A stretch of DNA of 33,255 bases from Minisyncoccota bacterium (GTDB lineage: Bacteria > Patescibacteriota > Minisyncoccia > UBA6257 > JAGOQP01), in NCBI GenBank assembly GCA_036170035.1, contig JAVHOK010000047.1, positions 1-33,255 on the forward strand. Direction: 5' to 3'. The notes beneath the pieces are model-generated. The model did no database searches. It was not told the origin of the DNA and saw only the letters and a list, made by a program, of their open reading frames with translations. The position numbers and the translations under genes were made by a program. Below are positions 23,513 to 32,460 of the stretch, piece after piece (position 1 is the stretch's first letter; each line of letters begins with the position of its first letter).

Positions 23513-23923
23513 ATGTTACAGCCAAAGAAAACAAAACACAGAAAAGGTCAGAAAGGAAGATCAAGAAAAAGATCTGTTGAAACCAGAGGAACAACATTAG
23601 CCTTTGGTAGTTTTGGTTTAAAAGCTATGAGTATGGCTTATGTTAATTCAAAACAGATTGAGGCTGTAAGAAAAACAATCGCTCATTTTACTAAAAGAGG
23701 AGGAAAGGTTTGGATAAGAATTTTCCCTGATAAACCAATTACACAAAGACCGCCAGAACTTACTATGGGGGGAGGAAAGGGATCTGTTGATCATTATGTG
23801 TTTCCTGTCAAACCGGGGAGAATGTTGTTTGAAATAGATGGAGTCTCAAGAGAGATAGCTATGGAGGCTTTAAGAAAAGCAGGATTCAAATTACCAGTCA
23901 AAACTAAAATTGTTGAAAGATAA
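23513..23923 (+). CDS. rplP: 50S ribosomal protein L16
   Basis: [15 protein letters not shown]...G..L.FG.FGLKA...ITQRP.E..MG.GKG. Confidence 0.9.
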   Translation: MLQPKKTKHRKGQKGRSRKRSVETRGTTLAFGSFGLKAMSMAYVNSKQIEAVRKTIAHFTKRGGKVWIRIFPDKPITQRPPELTMGGGKGSVDHYVFPVKPGRMLFEIDGVSREIAMEALRKAGFKLPVKTKIVER

Positions 23924-23928
23924 AAACA

Positions 23929-23957
23929 TTGACAGAAAGAAATATTTTACTTAGAAT
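23929..23957 (+). promoter_or_regulatory. candidate internal promoter TTGACA-17-TAGAAT between rplP and rpmC
   Basis: TTGACA at 23929-23934, 17-nt spacer, TAGAAT at 23952-23957, inside a 54-nt gap. Confidence 0.4.
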
Positions 23958-23977
23958 AAAAGACCGCATAAATTAAT

Positions 23978-24178
23978 ATGAAACAGGAATATCTAAAAGA
24001 ATTAAAAAATAAATCAAATGAGCAATTAGCTACGCTTTTGATTTCTTTGAAAGAAAAAAAGTCTCAGATTGAATATGATATGCGTGCAGGAAAAAAGTTA
24101 GATGTTAATGCTCTTAGAAAGACAAAAAAAGAGATTGCGGTAATATTAACTCTTTTAAATCATCAATATGGAAAATAA
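23978..24178 (+). CDS. rpmC: 50S ribosomal protein L29
   Basis: Size, position and helical Lys-rich sequence (LKNKSNEQL...L...K........) are typical of L29. Confidence 0.8.
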   Translation: MKQEYLKELKNKSNEQLATLLISLKEKKSQIEYDMRAGKKLDVNALRKTKKEIAVILTLLNHQYGK

Positions 24179-24488
24179 AGTCAAACAAAATAAAAAAAGA
24201 AGACTAGAAGGAGATGTGGTCTCTGATTCAATGAATAAAACTCGTGTTGTTGAGATTGTTAGATTTAAACAGCACCCCATCTATCTGAAGTTTTTTAAAG
24301 TTTCAACAAAATTTAAAGCCCATGATGAAAAGAATGAGTTTGTTAAAGGGGATAGGGTGATAATAGAAGAAACTCGACCAATTTCCAAAGATAAAAAATG
24401 GAAGATTGTTGAAAAAATCGGTCATAATGAAATCGTAATTAAAGAGTCGGAAACATTGGAAAAAATTAAAGAAGAAACAAAAGAATAA
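24168..24488 (+). CDS. rpsQ: 30S ribosomal protein S17
   Basis: [21 protein letters not shown]......K..AHDE.N....[14 protein letters not shown]. Overlaps rpmC by 11 nt. Confidence 0.85.
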   Translation: MENKVKQNKKRRLEGDVVSDSMNKTRVVEIVRFKQHPIYLKFFKVSTKFKAHDEKNEFVKGDRVIIEETRPISKDKKWKIVEKIGHNEIVIKESETLEKIKEETKE

Positions 24489-24511
24489 ATTTAAATATTT
24501 ACTAAAATAGT

Positions 24512-24880
24512 ATGATTCAAGAAAGAGCCATTTTAAAAGTAGCTGATAATTCTGGAGCGAAAATTATTCGTTGTTTTAGAGTACTTGGGGCAACCAGAAG
24601 ACGTTATGCTCAAATAGGGGATGTTATTGTTGCCTCTGTTCAAGTCGCTGAACCAAGAAAATCAGTTGCTAAAAAAGATATAATTAGAGCTGTTATTGTC
24701 AGACAAAGAAAAACTATGGCTCGTAAAGATGGATCTTATGTAAAATTTGATGAAAATGCCGCGGTAATTATTGATGCAAAAAAAGATCCAAAAGGAACTA
24801 GAATCTTTGGACCTATTCCAAGAGAAATAAAAGAAATGGGCTATGAAAAGATTTTTACTATGGCTGAAGAAATTGTTTAG
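24512..24880 (+). CDS. rplN: 50S ribosomal protein L14
   Basis: MIQERAILKVADNSGAK...C..VLG and the GP.PRE end. Confidence 0.95.
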   Translation: MIQERAILKVADNSGAKIIRCFRVLGATRRRYAQIGDVIVASVQVAEPRKSVAKKDIIRAVIVRQRKTMARKDGSYVKFDENAAVIIDAKKDPKGTRIFGPIPREIKEMGYEKIFTMAEEIV

Positions 24881-24905
24881 AGATTAATTACGACAAATAT
24901 TTTTT

Positions 24906-25223
24906 ATGATTAAACTAAAGATAAAAAAAGGAGATTTAATTACCGTCATCAAAGGCAAAGACAATAATAAGACGGGTAAAATTTTAAAAGTCTTTCCAGA
25001 AACTGGCCGTATTTTAGTTGAGGGCATCAATCTCTATAAAAAAAATGTTAAACCAAAGAAACAAGGAGAAAAAGGACAGATTATTTCGGTTCCTAGATCT
25101 ATCAATATTTCCAATGTCCAATTAGTTTGCCCTTCTTGTGGTATAAAAACTAGAGTTGGTTATATTATTTCTGAAAAAAAAGAAAAAAACAGAATTTGTC
25201 GTAAATGTAAGGCAAGTATTTAA
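24906..25223 (+). CDS. rplX: 50S ribosomal protein L24 (with C-terminal CxxC...CxxC)
   Basis: KOW motif IKKGDLITVIKGKDNNKTGKILKV, then CPSCGIKTRVGY...RICRKCK. Confidence 0.9.
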   Translation: MIKLKIKKGDLITVIKGKDNNKTGKILKVFPETGRILVEGINLYKKNVKPKKQGEKGQIISVPRSINISNVQLVCPSCGIKTRVGYIISEKKEKNRICRKCKASI

Positions 25224-25234
25224 AAAATAAGATT

Positions 25235-25807
25235 ATGACGCTTAAAGAACAGTATCAAAAAAATATTATTCCAGAATTAGAAAAAGAGTTTGGAATAAAT
25301 AATAAGCATAATGTGCCGTGTCTATCTAAGGTGGTTGTTAATATTGGTCTTGGGAGAAAATCTCAGTTGGCCAATTTTACTGATAAATTATTGCCAGCTA
25401 TTATTAAAGAATTATCTTTAATAGTTGGACAAGCGCCATCGCAAAGATTAGCCAAAAAATCAATTGCTGGTTTTAAATTAAGAGAGGGGCAACTTGTTGG
25501 TTTAATGGTAACATTGCGTGGAAATAGAATGTATGAGTTTGTTGATAAGTTGGTTAAAATCGTTTATCCGCGCGTTAGAGATTTTAAAGGAGTAGACTTG
25601 AAAAATGTTGACAAAAACGGTAATCTAAACCTGGGCTTTAGAGAGAATGTTGTCTTTCCTGAGATAGTTTCTGATCAATCTACTGCCGATTTTGGTCTTC
25701 AGGTGACGTTGGTAACCAAGGCAAAAAATCGTGACCAGGCTGTTGCTTTGTATAATAAGATAGGATTTCTTTTTAAAAAACCAAAAATTGCAAAAAAAAT
25801 AAAATAA
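25235..25807 (+). CDS. rplE: 50S ribosomal protein L5
   Basis: [27 protein letters not shown] and DF.G......D..GN.NLG..E...FPE. Confidence 0.9.
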   Translation: MTLKEQYQKNIIPELEKEFGINNKHNVPCLSKVVVNIGLGRKSQLANFTDKLLPAIIKELSLIVGQAPSQRLAKKSIAGFKLREGQLVGLMVTLRGNRMYEFVDKLVKIVYPRVRDFKGVDLKNVDKNGNLNLGFRENVVFPEIVSDQSTADFGLQVTLVTKAKNRDQAVALYNKIGFLFKKPKIAKKIK

Positions 25808-25808
25808 A

Positions 25809-25994
25809 ATGGCTAAAACATCAGTAATCGCGAGAGCGAAGAAAACCCCTAAATATGTCACAAGAAAAATAAGAAGATGTTTCCGATGCGGAAGGAGGCA
25901 TGGTTATTTGCGTGATTTTGATTTATGCAGAATTTGTTTTAGAGAGATGGCTTCAAAGGGCGAGATTCCGGGAATAAAGAAGTCGTCTTGGTAA
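25809..25994 (+). CDS. rpsN: 30S ribosomal protein S14, type Z (61 aa, zinc form)
   Basis: MAKTS.IA......KY..R...[28 protein letters not shown]. Confidence 0.9.
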   Translation: MAKTSVIARAKKTPKYVTRKIRRCFRCGRRHGYLRDFDLCRICFREMASKGEIPGIKKSSW

Positions 25995-26009
25995 GTTTGA
26001 ATAAAAAAT

Positions 26010-26390
26010 ATGTATATAGATTTATTAAATCAGATTAAAAATGCTCAGAAGGTTAATACTCAAAAAATTAAGTATCCTTTTTCTAAAATGGATGAGGCGG
26101 TTTTGGATACTTTGGTAGAAGATAAATATATTGCAGGATTTGAAAAAAAAGGGAAAAACCCGAAAAAATATTTTGAAATTAGTCTTTTATATATCAATAA
26201 CCTAGGAGCTATAAGCGGTTTAAAAATTTACAGCAAACCATCTAACAAAGTTTATAAAAAATCAACAGAAATCAGAAGAGTCAAGCAGGGTTATGGAAAA
26301 GCTATTTTTTCTACTTCCAGTGGTATAATGGATGGAGATAAAGCTAGAAAAGAAAATGTCGGAGGTCAATTATTGTTTACAATTTGGTAA
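26010..26390 (+). CDS. rpsH: 30S ribosomal protein S8
   Basis: D.L..I.NA, then S.PS..VY and G..I.STS.G.M....AR...VGG.LL..IW. Confidence 0.85.
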   Translation: MYIDLLNQIKNAQKVNTQKIKYPFSKMDEAVLDTLVEDKYIAGFEKKGKNPKKYFEISLLYINNLGAISGLKIYSKPSNKVYKKSTEIRRVKQGYGKAIFSTSSGIMDGDKARKENVGGQLLFTIW

Positions 26391-26398
26391 AAAAAGAT

Positions 26399-26941
26399 AT
26401 GTCAAAATTAGGAGCAAAACCAATTATAATACCAGCTGGAACCGAAATTAAGTTTGAAGATCATAAGATAAATGTTTCTGGTCCAAAAGGAAATATTATA
26501 GTCCCTAAACTGGACCAGATTGAGGTAACAATTTCGGGAAGTGAGGTAACTTTACAACCAAGTGGAGACAATCAACAAACAAGAATGAATTGGGGAACTA
26601 TGCATTCTTTGATTTGTAATGCTATTGATGGTGTTAATACCGGTTATATAAAAAAACTTGAGTTAGAGGGAGTTGGTTATAAGGTTTCTCTAGAAGGCAA
26701 GGAACTTGTCTTGAAAGTTGGTTTTTCTCATTTAGTTAGATTTCCTATCCCAGAAGGAATAACGGTAGTGGTTGAAAAAAATAAAATTTCTGTTTCGGGA
26801 ATTGAAAAACAACAAGTTGGTCAAGTTGCTGCTAATATAAGAAAAATCAAAAAACCAGAACCATATCTTGGAAAAGGAATTAGATATGAAGGAGAGGTTG
26901 TTAGAAGAAAAGCTGGGAAAAAAGCAGGAACAGCTAAATAA
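26399..26941 (+). CDS. rplF: 50S ribosomal protein L6
   Basis: SKLGAKPIIIP.G......H.I.V.GPKG, LEL.GVGYK and KPEPY.GKGIRY.GE.V.RKAGK. Confidence 0.9.
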   Translation: MSKLGAKPIIIPAGTEIKFEDHKINVSGPKGNIIVPKLDQIEVTISGSEVTLQPSGDNQQTRMNWGTMHSLICNAIDGVNTGYIKKLELEGVGYKVSLEGKELVLKVGFSHLVRFPIPEGITVVVEKNKISVSGIEKQQVGQVAANIRKIKKPEPYLGKGIRYEGEVVRRKAGKKAGTAK

Positions 26942-26962
26942 TTAGACGGCAAAATCAAGAAT

Positions 26963-27307
26963 ATGAAAAAGCAAAAAGCATTAAATATTAAAAGAGAAAA
27001 AAGAGCGACTAGAGTAAGAGCCAAAATGACTGGCACTGCAGAAAAGCCTCGTCTTTCTATACACAAAACTAATCAGTATGTTTATGTGCAACTTATTGAT
27101 GACGCCGCTCAGAAAACAATTGTAAGTGTTTCTTCTTTTAGTAAAGATAAGAAAAAAAATGATGTCGCTGTTCTTGGAGAAAAAATTGCCAAATTGGCCG
27201 TTGAAAAAAATATAAAACTAGCTGTTGCTGATCGTGGTATGTATAAATATCATGGTGAAGTTAAAAAAATTATTGAATCAGCTAGAGCAAACGGTCTTAA
27301 AATATAA
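26963..27307 (+). CDS. rplR: 50S ribosomal protein L18
   Basis: R.RVRAK..GTAEKPRLSIHK.N..VYVQLIDD and DRG.YKYHG.VK...E.AR..GLKI. Confidence 0.9.
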   Translation: MKKQKALNIKREKRATRVRAKMTGTAEKPRLSIHKTNQYVYVQLIDDAAQKTIVSVSSFSKDKKKNDVAVLGEKIAKLAVEKNIKLAVADRGMYKYHGEVKKIIESARANGLKI

Positions 27308-27312
27308 AAATT

Positions 27313-27792
27313 ATGATGCAAAAACCTCAGTATAAATCTCGTGGGAAAAATTTTCCAGTTAAAAGTGAATACAAAGATAAAACAATTGACTTGAGGAGAG
27401 TTTCTCGTGTCGTTTCTGGTGGAAAGAGATTTACATTTAGGTGTACTCTTGTTATTGGAAATGAAAAGGGAACTGTTGGAGTGGGTATTGCTAAAGGCCT
27501 TGATGTTGCTCAAGCAATAGATAAAGCCAAGAATGATGCAAAGAAAAATCTTTTTATTGTGCCTTTGAAAGGAACAACTATTTCTCATGAAGTTGAAGCA
27601 AAATTCAGCGCTGCTAAAGTTATAATTAAACCAGCTCAAAAAGGAGCCGGTCTTAAAGCGGGAGGATCTGTTCGTACAGTTTTATTGATGACTGGCATAA
27701 AAGATGCTTCGGCTAAATGTTTAGGAAGAACAAAAAATAAACTAACAAATGCTTTGGCAACCGTAGAAGCATTAAAACAACTTAAGAAATAA
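27313..27792 (+). CDS. rpsE: 30S ribosomal protein S5
   Basis: RVSRVV.GGKRF.FR..LV.GN..G.VG.G.AKG..V..AI.KA and the GAGLKAGG.VR region. Confidence 0.9.
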   Translation: MMQKPQYKSRGKNFPVKSEYKDKTIDLRRVSRVVSGGKRFTFRCTLVIGNEKGTVGVGIAKGLDVAQAIDKAKNDAKKNLFIVPLKGTTISHEVEAKFSAAKVIIKPAQKGAGLKAGGSVRTVLLMTGIKDASAKCLGRTKNKLTNALATVEALKQLKK

Positions 27793-27805
27793 GATTTTTA
27801 TAAAT

Positions 27806-28225
27806 ATGAACTTACACGAATTAAAATCAAAAAACCAAAGCAAAGATAAAAAAAGAGTAGGAAGAGGTGGAAAAAGAGGAACTTACTCTGGCCGCGGTCA
27901 AAAGGGTCAACATTCTCGTGCTGGAAGAAAAGTGCGTCCAGCGATGAGAGATGTTCTTATTAGAACGCCAAAAAGGCGTGGTTATGCCAACAAAAGAAAA
28001 TCACCATTTTTATTAACCATTTCTCTTAATCGTTTAGAAAAAATTAAAGCAGAGAAGATAAATTTGGCTTTTCTGATAGAAAATAAAATTGTTAGAAAAA
28101 GTGTTAAATTAGTTAAAGTTGTTGCTGGAAAAAAAGAATTAACTTCTGTTTTACATTTAGAGGGAATAAAAACAACTAAAACAGCTAAAATTCAAATAGA
28201 AAAAGCTGGCGGATCTGTAGCATAA
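27806..28225 (+). CDS. rplO: 50S ribosomal protein L15
   Basis: L..LK.......K.KKRVGRGGKRGTYSGRGQKGQ.SRAG. It follows rpsE directly, with no L30 gene between them. Confidence 0.9.
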   Translation: MNLHELKSKNQSKDKKRVGRGGKRGTYSGRGQKGQHSRAGRKVRPAMRDVLIRTPKRRGYANKRKSPFLLTISLNRLEKIKAEKINLAFLIENKIVRKSVKLVKVVAGKKELTSVLHLEGIKTTKTAKIQIEKAGGSVA

Positions 28226-28233
28226 AAATTTTT

Positions 28234-29505
28234 ATGTCAAAAATACTTCAACTATTTAAAATTAAAGACTTAAGGATTAAAATTTTTATTGTTCTTTTTT
28301 GGTTGGTTATTTTTAGATTATTGGCGGCTATTCCTATTCCAGATGTTGATATAGTTCGTTTAAAAAATTTGTTTTCTTCTAACCAACTACTTGGTTTTTT
28401 GAATATTTTTTCTGGGGGAGGTCTTTCTAATTTATCTATTGTTATGCTTGGAGTAGGACCTTATATTACCGCTACTATCATAATGCAACTTTTGACGATG
28501 ATTTTCCCTAATCTAAAAAAGTTATATTACGAAGAGGGTGCGATTGGAAGAGCTAAATTCAATAGAATTTCTAAATACTTAACGGTTCCACTTTCTTTTT
28601 TACAGGCCTATGGTTTTTTGAATCTTTTGGCATCTCAAGGAGTTTTGCCTCATCTTGGGGCCTTGATGATTTTAAAAGATGCTTTAATTATTACTGGTGG
28701 ATCTATGCTAATGGTTTGGATTGGTGATGTAATTGGTGAGCAAAAAATTGGGAATGGAATTTCGTTGATAATTTTTGCAGGTATCGTTAGTGGTATTCCA
28801 ACATCTATCCAAAGATTGATATTATCTTTTGATGCTTCAACTCTTATTACATATCTTGTTTTTGCCGTTGTCGCTATTTTTGTTATTTATGGAGTGGTTT
28901 ATGTTAATGAAGGAGAAAGAAAAGTTCCGATTATGTATGCCAAAAGAGTTAGAGGAACAAAGATGTATGGAGGAGCTTCAAGTTATTTACCTTTGAAGGT
29001 TAACCAAGCTGGAGTTATTCCAATTATTTTTGCAATTTCAATTATGTTATTCCCTCAGTTTTTTGCTCAAGCATTGGCTATTTTTTCAAAAGATATTTCT
29101 ATAAAAGCAATTGGATGGGTGAATTCTTTTATGAATAATCAGATTATATATACCATCTTTTATTTCTTTTTAGTTGTTGTATTTACTTATCTTTATACCG
29201 CCATTACCTTCGATCCAAAAGAAATATCTAAAAATATGCAGAGAGCGGGAGGATTTATTTTGGGAATAAGACCAGGAGAATCAACGACGGCCTATCTTTC
29301 AAATATTATATCCAGAATCACTCTTTGGGGAGCTGTTTTCTTGGGAGCAATTGCTATTTTGCCAAACTTAACTAGGATGGTAACTGGTATTTCTATTTTG
29401 ACCATCGGAGGTACAGCGCTTCTAATTGTTGTCTCTGTAGCTTTGGAAGTTTTAAGACAAATAAATTCTCAATTAATAATGAGAGAATATGAGGGGTTTG
29501 AGTAG
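28234..29505 (+). CDS. secY: preprotein translocase subunit SecY
   Basis: Ten-TM protein with LGV.PYITA.IIMQLL, G...I.E..GNGISLIIFAGIV and PLK.N.AGVIP.IFA. Confidence 0.95.
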   Translation: MSKILQLFKIKDLRIKIFIVLFWLVIFRLLAAIPIPDVDIVRLKNLFSSNQLLGFLNIFSGGGLSNLSIVMLGVGPYITATIIMQLLTMIFPNLKKLYYEEGAIGRAKFNRISKYLTVPLSFLQAYGFLNLLASQGVLPHLGALMILKDALIITGGSMLMVWIGDVIGEQKIGNGISLIIFAGIVSGIPTSIQRLILSFDASTLITYLVFAVVAIFVIYGVVYVNEGERKVPIMYAKRVRGTKMYGGASSYLPLKVNQAGVIPIIFAISIMLFPQFFAQALAIFSKDISIKAIGWVNSFMNNQIIYTIFYFFLVVVFTYLYTAITFDPKEISKNMQRAGGFILGIRPGESTTAYLSNIISRITLWGAVFLGAIAILPNLTRMVTGISILTIGGTALLIVVSVALEVLRQINSQLIMREYEGFE

Positions 29506-29509
29506 AAAT

Positions 29510-29545
29510 AACTTACAACTAACTACTTACGACCAACAACAAAAG
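29510..29545 (+). repeat. heptamer array copy C: AACTTAC AACTAAC TACTTAC GACCAAC + AACAAAAG
   Basis: Read directly from the sequence. Begins 4 nt after the secY TAG. Confidence 0.8.
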
Positions 29546-29580
29546 GGAAATAGATTCAAAATTAAGAGAAAATATCAATA

Positions 29581-29617
29581 AAAAATCATCTTTCGGCTTT
29601 GCTCAGGATGATTTTTT
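29581..29617 (+). terminator. hairpin terminator downstream of secY
   Basis: AAAAATCATC (29581-29590) pairs with GATGATTTTT (29607-29616) around a 16-nt loop; the right arm ends in a T-run. Confidence 0.5.
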
Positions 29618-29679
29618 GGTATGTATGGTAAAGTTTTTTGCACTTTAAAATAATAGCTAAATACTATATAATTTAATTA

Positions 29680-30375
29680 ATGAATAAAAACATAAATAAT
29701 AAAAAAGCTGTTGTTATTTTTGGTGCTCCGGGATCAGGTAAGGGAACTCAGGCAAATTTAGTGGCGGGTAAATTAGATATTTTTCATCTTGATACGGGTA
29801 AGTTTTTGGAGCAATTAGTAAATGATCCAGCTAATAAAAATAACAAAGAGATACAGAAAGAAAAAAAATTATTTAATACGGGTATATTACTTACTCCAGC
29901 GTTTGTTTTAAAATTTATTGCAAAAAAGGTAAATAAAATAGCAAGTTTAGGAAGTGGGGTAGTCCTTTCCGGTTCTCCAAGAACTTATTTTGAAGCATTT
30001 GGAGACAAAAATAATGTAGGATTAGTTGAAACATTGGAGAAGCTTTATGGCAAAAATAATGTTGAATACATGTTGCTTGATGTGAGTTCTGATCAATCAA
30101 TGCAGAGAAATAGTAATAGGCTTTTATGTTCTTCTTGCGGAACTCAGCTTTTGAGTGTTTTTAAGGTAAAATACGAAAGATGTCCTTTTTGTGGAGGGGT
30201 ATTAAGAACGAGAACATTAGATAAGCCAGAGGTGATTAAGATTCGTTTAGTTGAGTATGCTCAAAGGACAGAGCCAATTATTAAAGAATTAAAAAAAAGA
30301 GGATGCAAAATAAATAAAATAAAAGCCGATAAATTGCCTTATGAGGTATTTAATATGCTAATTAAAAAGATTTAA
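29680..30375 (+). CDS. adk: adenylate kinase (zinc-lid form)
   Basis: P-loop FGAPGSGKGTQA and lid CSSCG...CPFCGG. Confidence 0.85.
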   Translation: MNKNINNKKAVVIFGAPGSGKGTQANLVAGKLDIFHLDTGKFLEQLVNDPANKNNKEIQKEKKLFNTGILLTPAFVLKFIAKKVNKIASLGSGVVLSGSPRTYFEAFGDKNNVGLVETLEKLYGKNNVEYMLLDVSSDQSMQRNSNRLLCSSCGTQLLSVFKVKYERCPFCGGVLRTRTLDKPEVIKIRLVEYAQRTEPIIKELKKRGCKINKIKADKLPYEVFNMLIKKI

Positions 30376-31133
30376 TGATTTATATAAAATCAGAAGATGA
30401 AATAAAAGTTCTTCGGGAATCTGGGAAAATTTTAAAATTCATTCTGGATGAATTAAAAAAAATTGCTGGCGTGGGAGCAAATTTAATTGATTTGGAAAAA
30501 AAGACTCAAGAACTATTAAAACAAAAAAATGCTCAGGCGGCTTTTTTGGGTTATCAGCCAGAAGGAGCGGACTATGCTTATCCAGCGGCAATTTGTGTCT
30601 CTGTTAATGATGTGGTAGTTCATGGCGTCCCATTAAATTATATTCTTAAATCTGGAGATGTTTTAAAAATAGATATGGGAGTTATTTTTAAGGGTTTGAT
30701 TAGTGATTCGGCCATAACTATAATAATAGGTAAGAGTTCTCCAAAAGTTAGAAAACTGCTTGATTCTACAAAAAAAGCCTTAGAAGAAGCAATTAAAGTT
30801 TGTAAAATCGGAAAAACGATTGGTGACATTGGATATGTAATAGAAAAACAAGCGAAGAAAGATGGATTTAAAGTTTTAAAAGGTCTAACTGGTCATGGTG
30901 TGGGCTATGAGGTTCATGAAGATCCCGTAGTTTTTAATTATGGTCATAAATCTAGTGGATTAAAATTAAAAGAAGGAATGGTAATTGCGATTGAGCCAAT
31001 GTTTTCAATTGGATCAGAGGGAATTGTTCAAAATAAAGACGAGAGCTATTCCTCGGCAGATAGAAGTTTGACAGCTCATTTTGAACACACAATAGCGATT
31101 ACAAAAAATGGTCCGATAGTTTTAACAGAATAA
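30375..31133 (+). CDS. map: type I methionine aminopeptidase
   Basis: VHG.P, D.G, GHG.G, IEPM and EHT metal-ligand pattern. Its ATG overlaps the adk stop. Confidence 0.9.
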   Translation: MIYIKSEDEIKVLRESGKILKFILDELKKIAGVGANLIDLEKKTQELLKQKNAQAAFLGYQPEGADYAYPAAICVSVNDVVVHGVPLNYILKSGDVLKIDMGVIFKGLISDSAITIIIGKSSPKVRKLLDSTKKALEEAIKVCKIGKTIGDIGYVIEKQAKKDGFKVLKGLTGHGVGYEVHEDPVVFNYGHKSSGLKLKEGMVIAIEPMFSIGSEGIVQNKDESYSSADRSLTAHFEHTIAITKNGPIVLTE

Positions 31134-31164
31134 TTATATTTAATTTTAAAATTTGCATAAATAT

Positions 31165-32457
31165 ATGAACATTGGACAGTCTTTGTATGATCAAATATCT
31201 TCTTTGAATTTACCATCTTTTTCATACTTATTTTTAGATATCCTTCAAAAAATTGAACTGAAAGATTTTTTTGATATTTTTTTAACATCGGCCTTTCTAT
31301 TTATTTTTTTCTATGTATTTAAAAAAACAAGAGTAATCCCAATTATATCTTCAATTTTTTTGATTATTTTTTTGATTTACGGTTTGTCGTATTGGCTAAA
31401 TTTGTATACAACATTAACTCTTATAAAATTAATATTGGGAAGTATAATTGTTATTAGTGCAATTGTTTTTCAAAAAGAAATAAGAAGATTTTTTGAAATA
31501 GTAAATGTTTCAAAAATAAGAAAGCAGATTGAAAATAGAGGGGTGGCGACAGAAACAGTTTTGGGTGGATTGTCTGAGGTTATTGTTCATACTTTGGGCG
31601 TGATGACACAAAGAAAAATTGGAGCGTTGATTATCATTCCTCAAAACGAATCTGTAGATTCGTTGGTAACTGGAGGATTTAGTCTAGACGGCAAAGTTTC
31701 AGAGCCACTTTTATTGAGTATTTTTGATACATCTTCTCCTGGACATGATGGGGCAATTATTTTGGAAAAAGATATTATAAAAAAATTTGGGGTATTTCTT
31801 CCATTATCAGAAAAAGATGATGCAGAAGAATTAAAAAAGGTAGGGACTAGACATAGAGCAGCTTTGGGATTGTCAGAGAGAACGGATGCGATTGTGATTG
31901 TGGTTTCGGAAGAGAGAGGGACAATATCTATTGCTAAAGATGGAAAATTAAAAATTATTGAAAACAACAAAAAACTTATTAATTTTCTAGATGAAATATT
32001 TGGATTTAATCTAGAGCAGACGAAACATTCTAAAAAATCTTTTTGGGGCATTTTTGAATTTTTAGGGAAGAATATCAAACAAATTATTTTATCTTTATTT
32101 TTGGGCTGTGGTTTATGGCTTTTAATTAGTTATTCAAATTCTTCTGTTATTCAAAAAACTTATGATGTATCCGTGGCTTTTAATAGTAACAATGAGACGG
32201 TTTTAGTAGAAAACATAAAACCCGCACAAGTATCTTTGGTATTTTTAGGAAAAGAGAGTGATTTTCAATTTGTTAATCAAAATGAGGTAAGAGTAATTAT
32301 TGATTTAAATAGTTTGGAATTATCAGCATCAACCTCTCCCTACCATTCTTATGTGCTAAAAGATTCTAATGTAAAATATCCATCTAATATTTCTCTTAAA
32401 AAAATAGAGCCATCAATTATAAATTTTAAAATATCGCAAAATAATTTTAAAAAATAA
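31165..32457 (+). CDS. cdaA: diadenylate cyclase CdaA fused to a TM helix and one YbbR-like domain
   Basis: Three N-terminal TM helices. DAC motifs GALIII, HDGAIIL and GTRHRAALGLSERTDAIVIVVSEERGTIS. Then a TM helix (IILSLFLGCGLWLLISY) and a YbbR-like segment (V.V.F......V....P..V.L.F.G......V....V..IIDL). The start could be 31153. Confidence 0.8.
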   Translation: MNIGQSLYDQISSLNLPSFSYLFLDILQKIELKDFFDIFLTSAFLFIFFYVFKKTRVIPIISSIFLIIFLIYGLSYWLNLYTTLTLIKLILGSIIVISAIVFQKEIRRFFEIVNVSKIRKQIENRGVATETVLGGLSEVIVHTLGVMTQRKIGALIIIPQNESVDSLVTGGFSLDGKVSEPLLLSIFDTSSPGHDGAIILEKDIIKKFGVFLPLSEKDDAEELKKVGTRHRAALGLSERTDAIVIVVSEERGTISIAKDGKLKIIENNKKLINFLDEIFGFNLEQTKHSKKSFWGIFEFLGKNIKQIILSLFLGCGLWLLISYSNSSVIQKTYDVSVAFNSNNETVLVENIKPAQVSLVFLGKESDFQFVNQNEVRVIIDLNSLELSASTSPYHSYVLKDSNVKYPSNISLKKIEPSIINFKISQNNFKK

Positions 32458-32460
32458 AAT

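Noticed and set aside
25120-25223. CxxC...CxxC zinc-ribbon at the C-terminus of L24
   Set aside because: A similar Cys4 C-terminus exists in L24 of other bacteria; from memory Thermus has CPACG...CAKCG. It is a known variant rather than a novelty.
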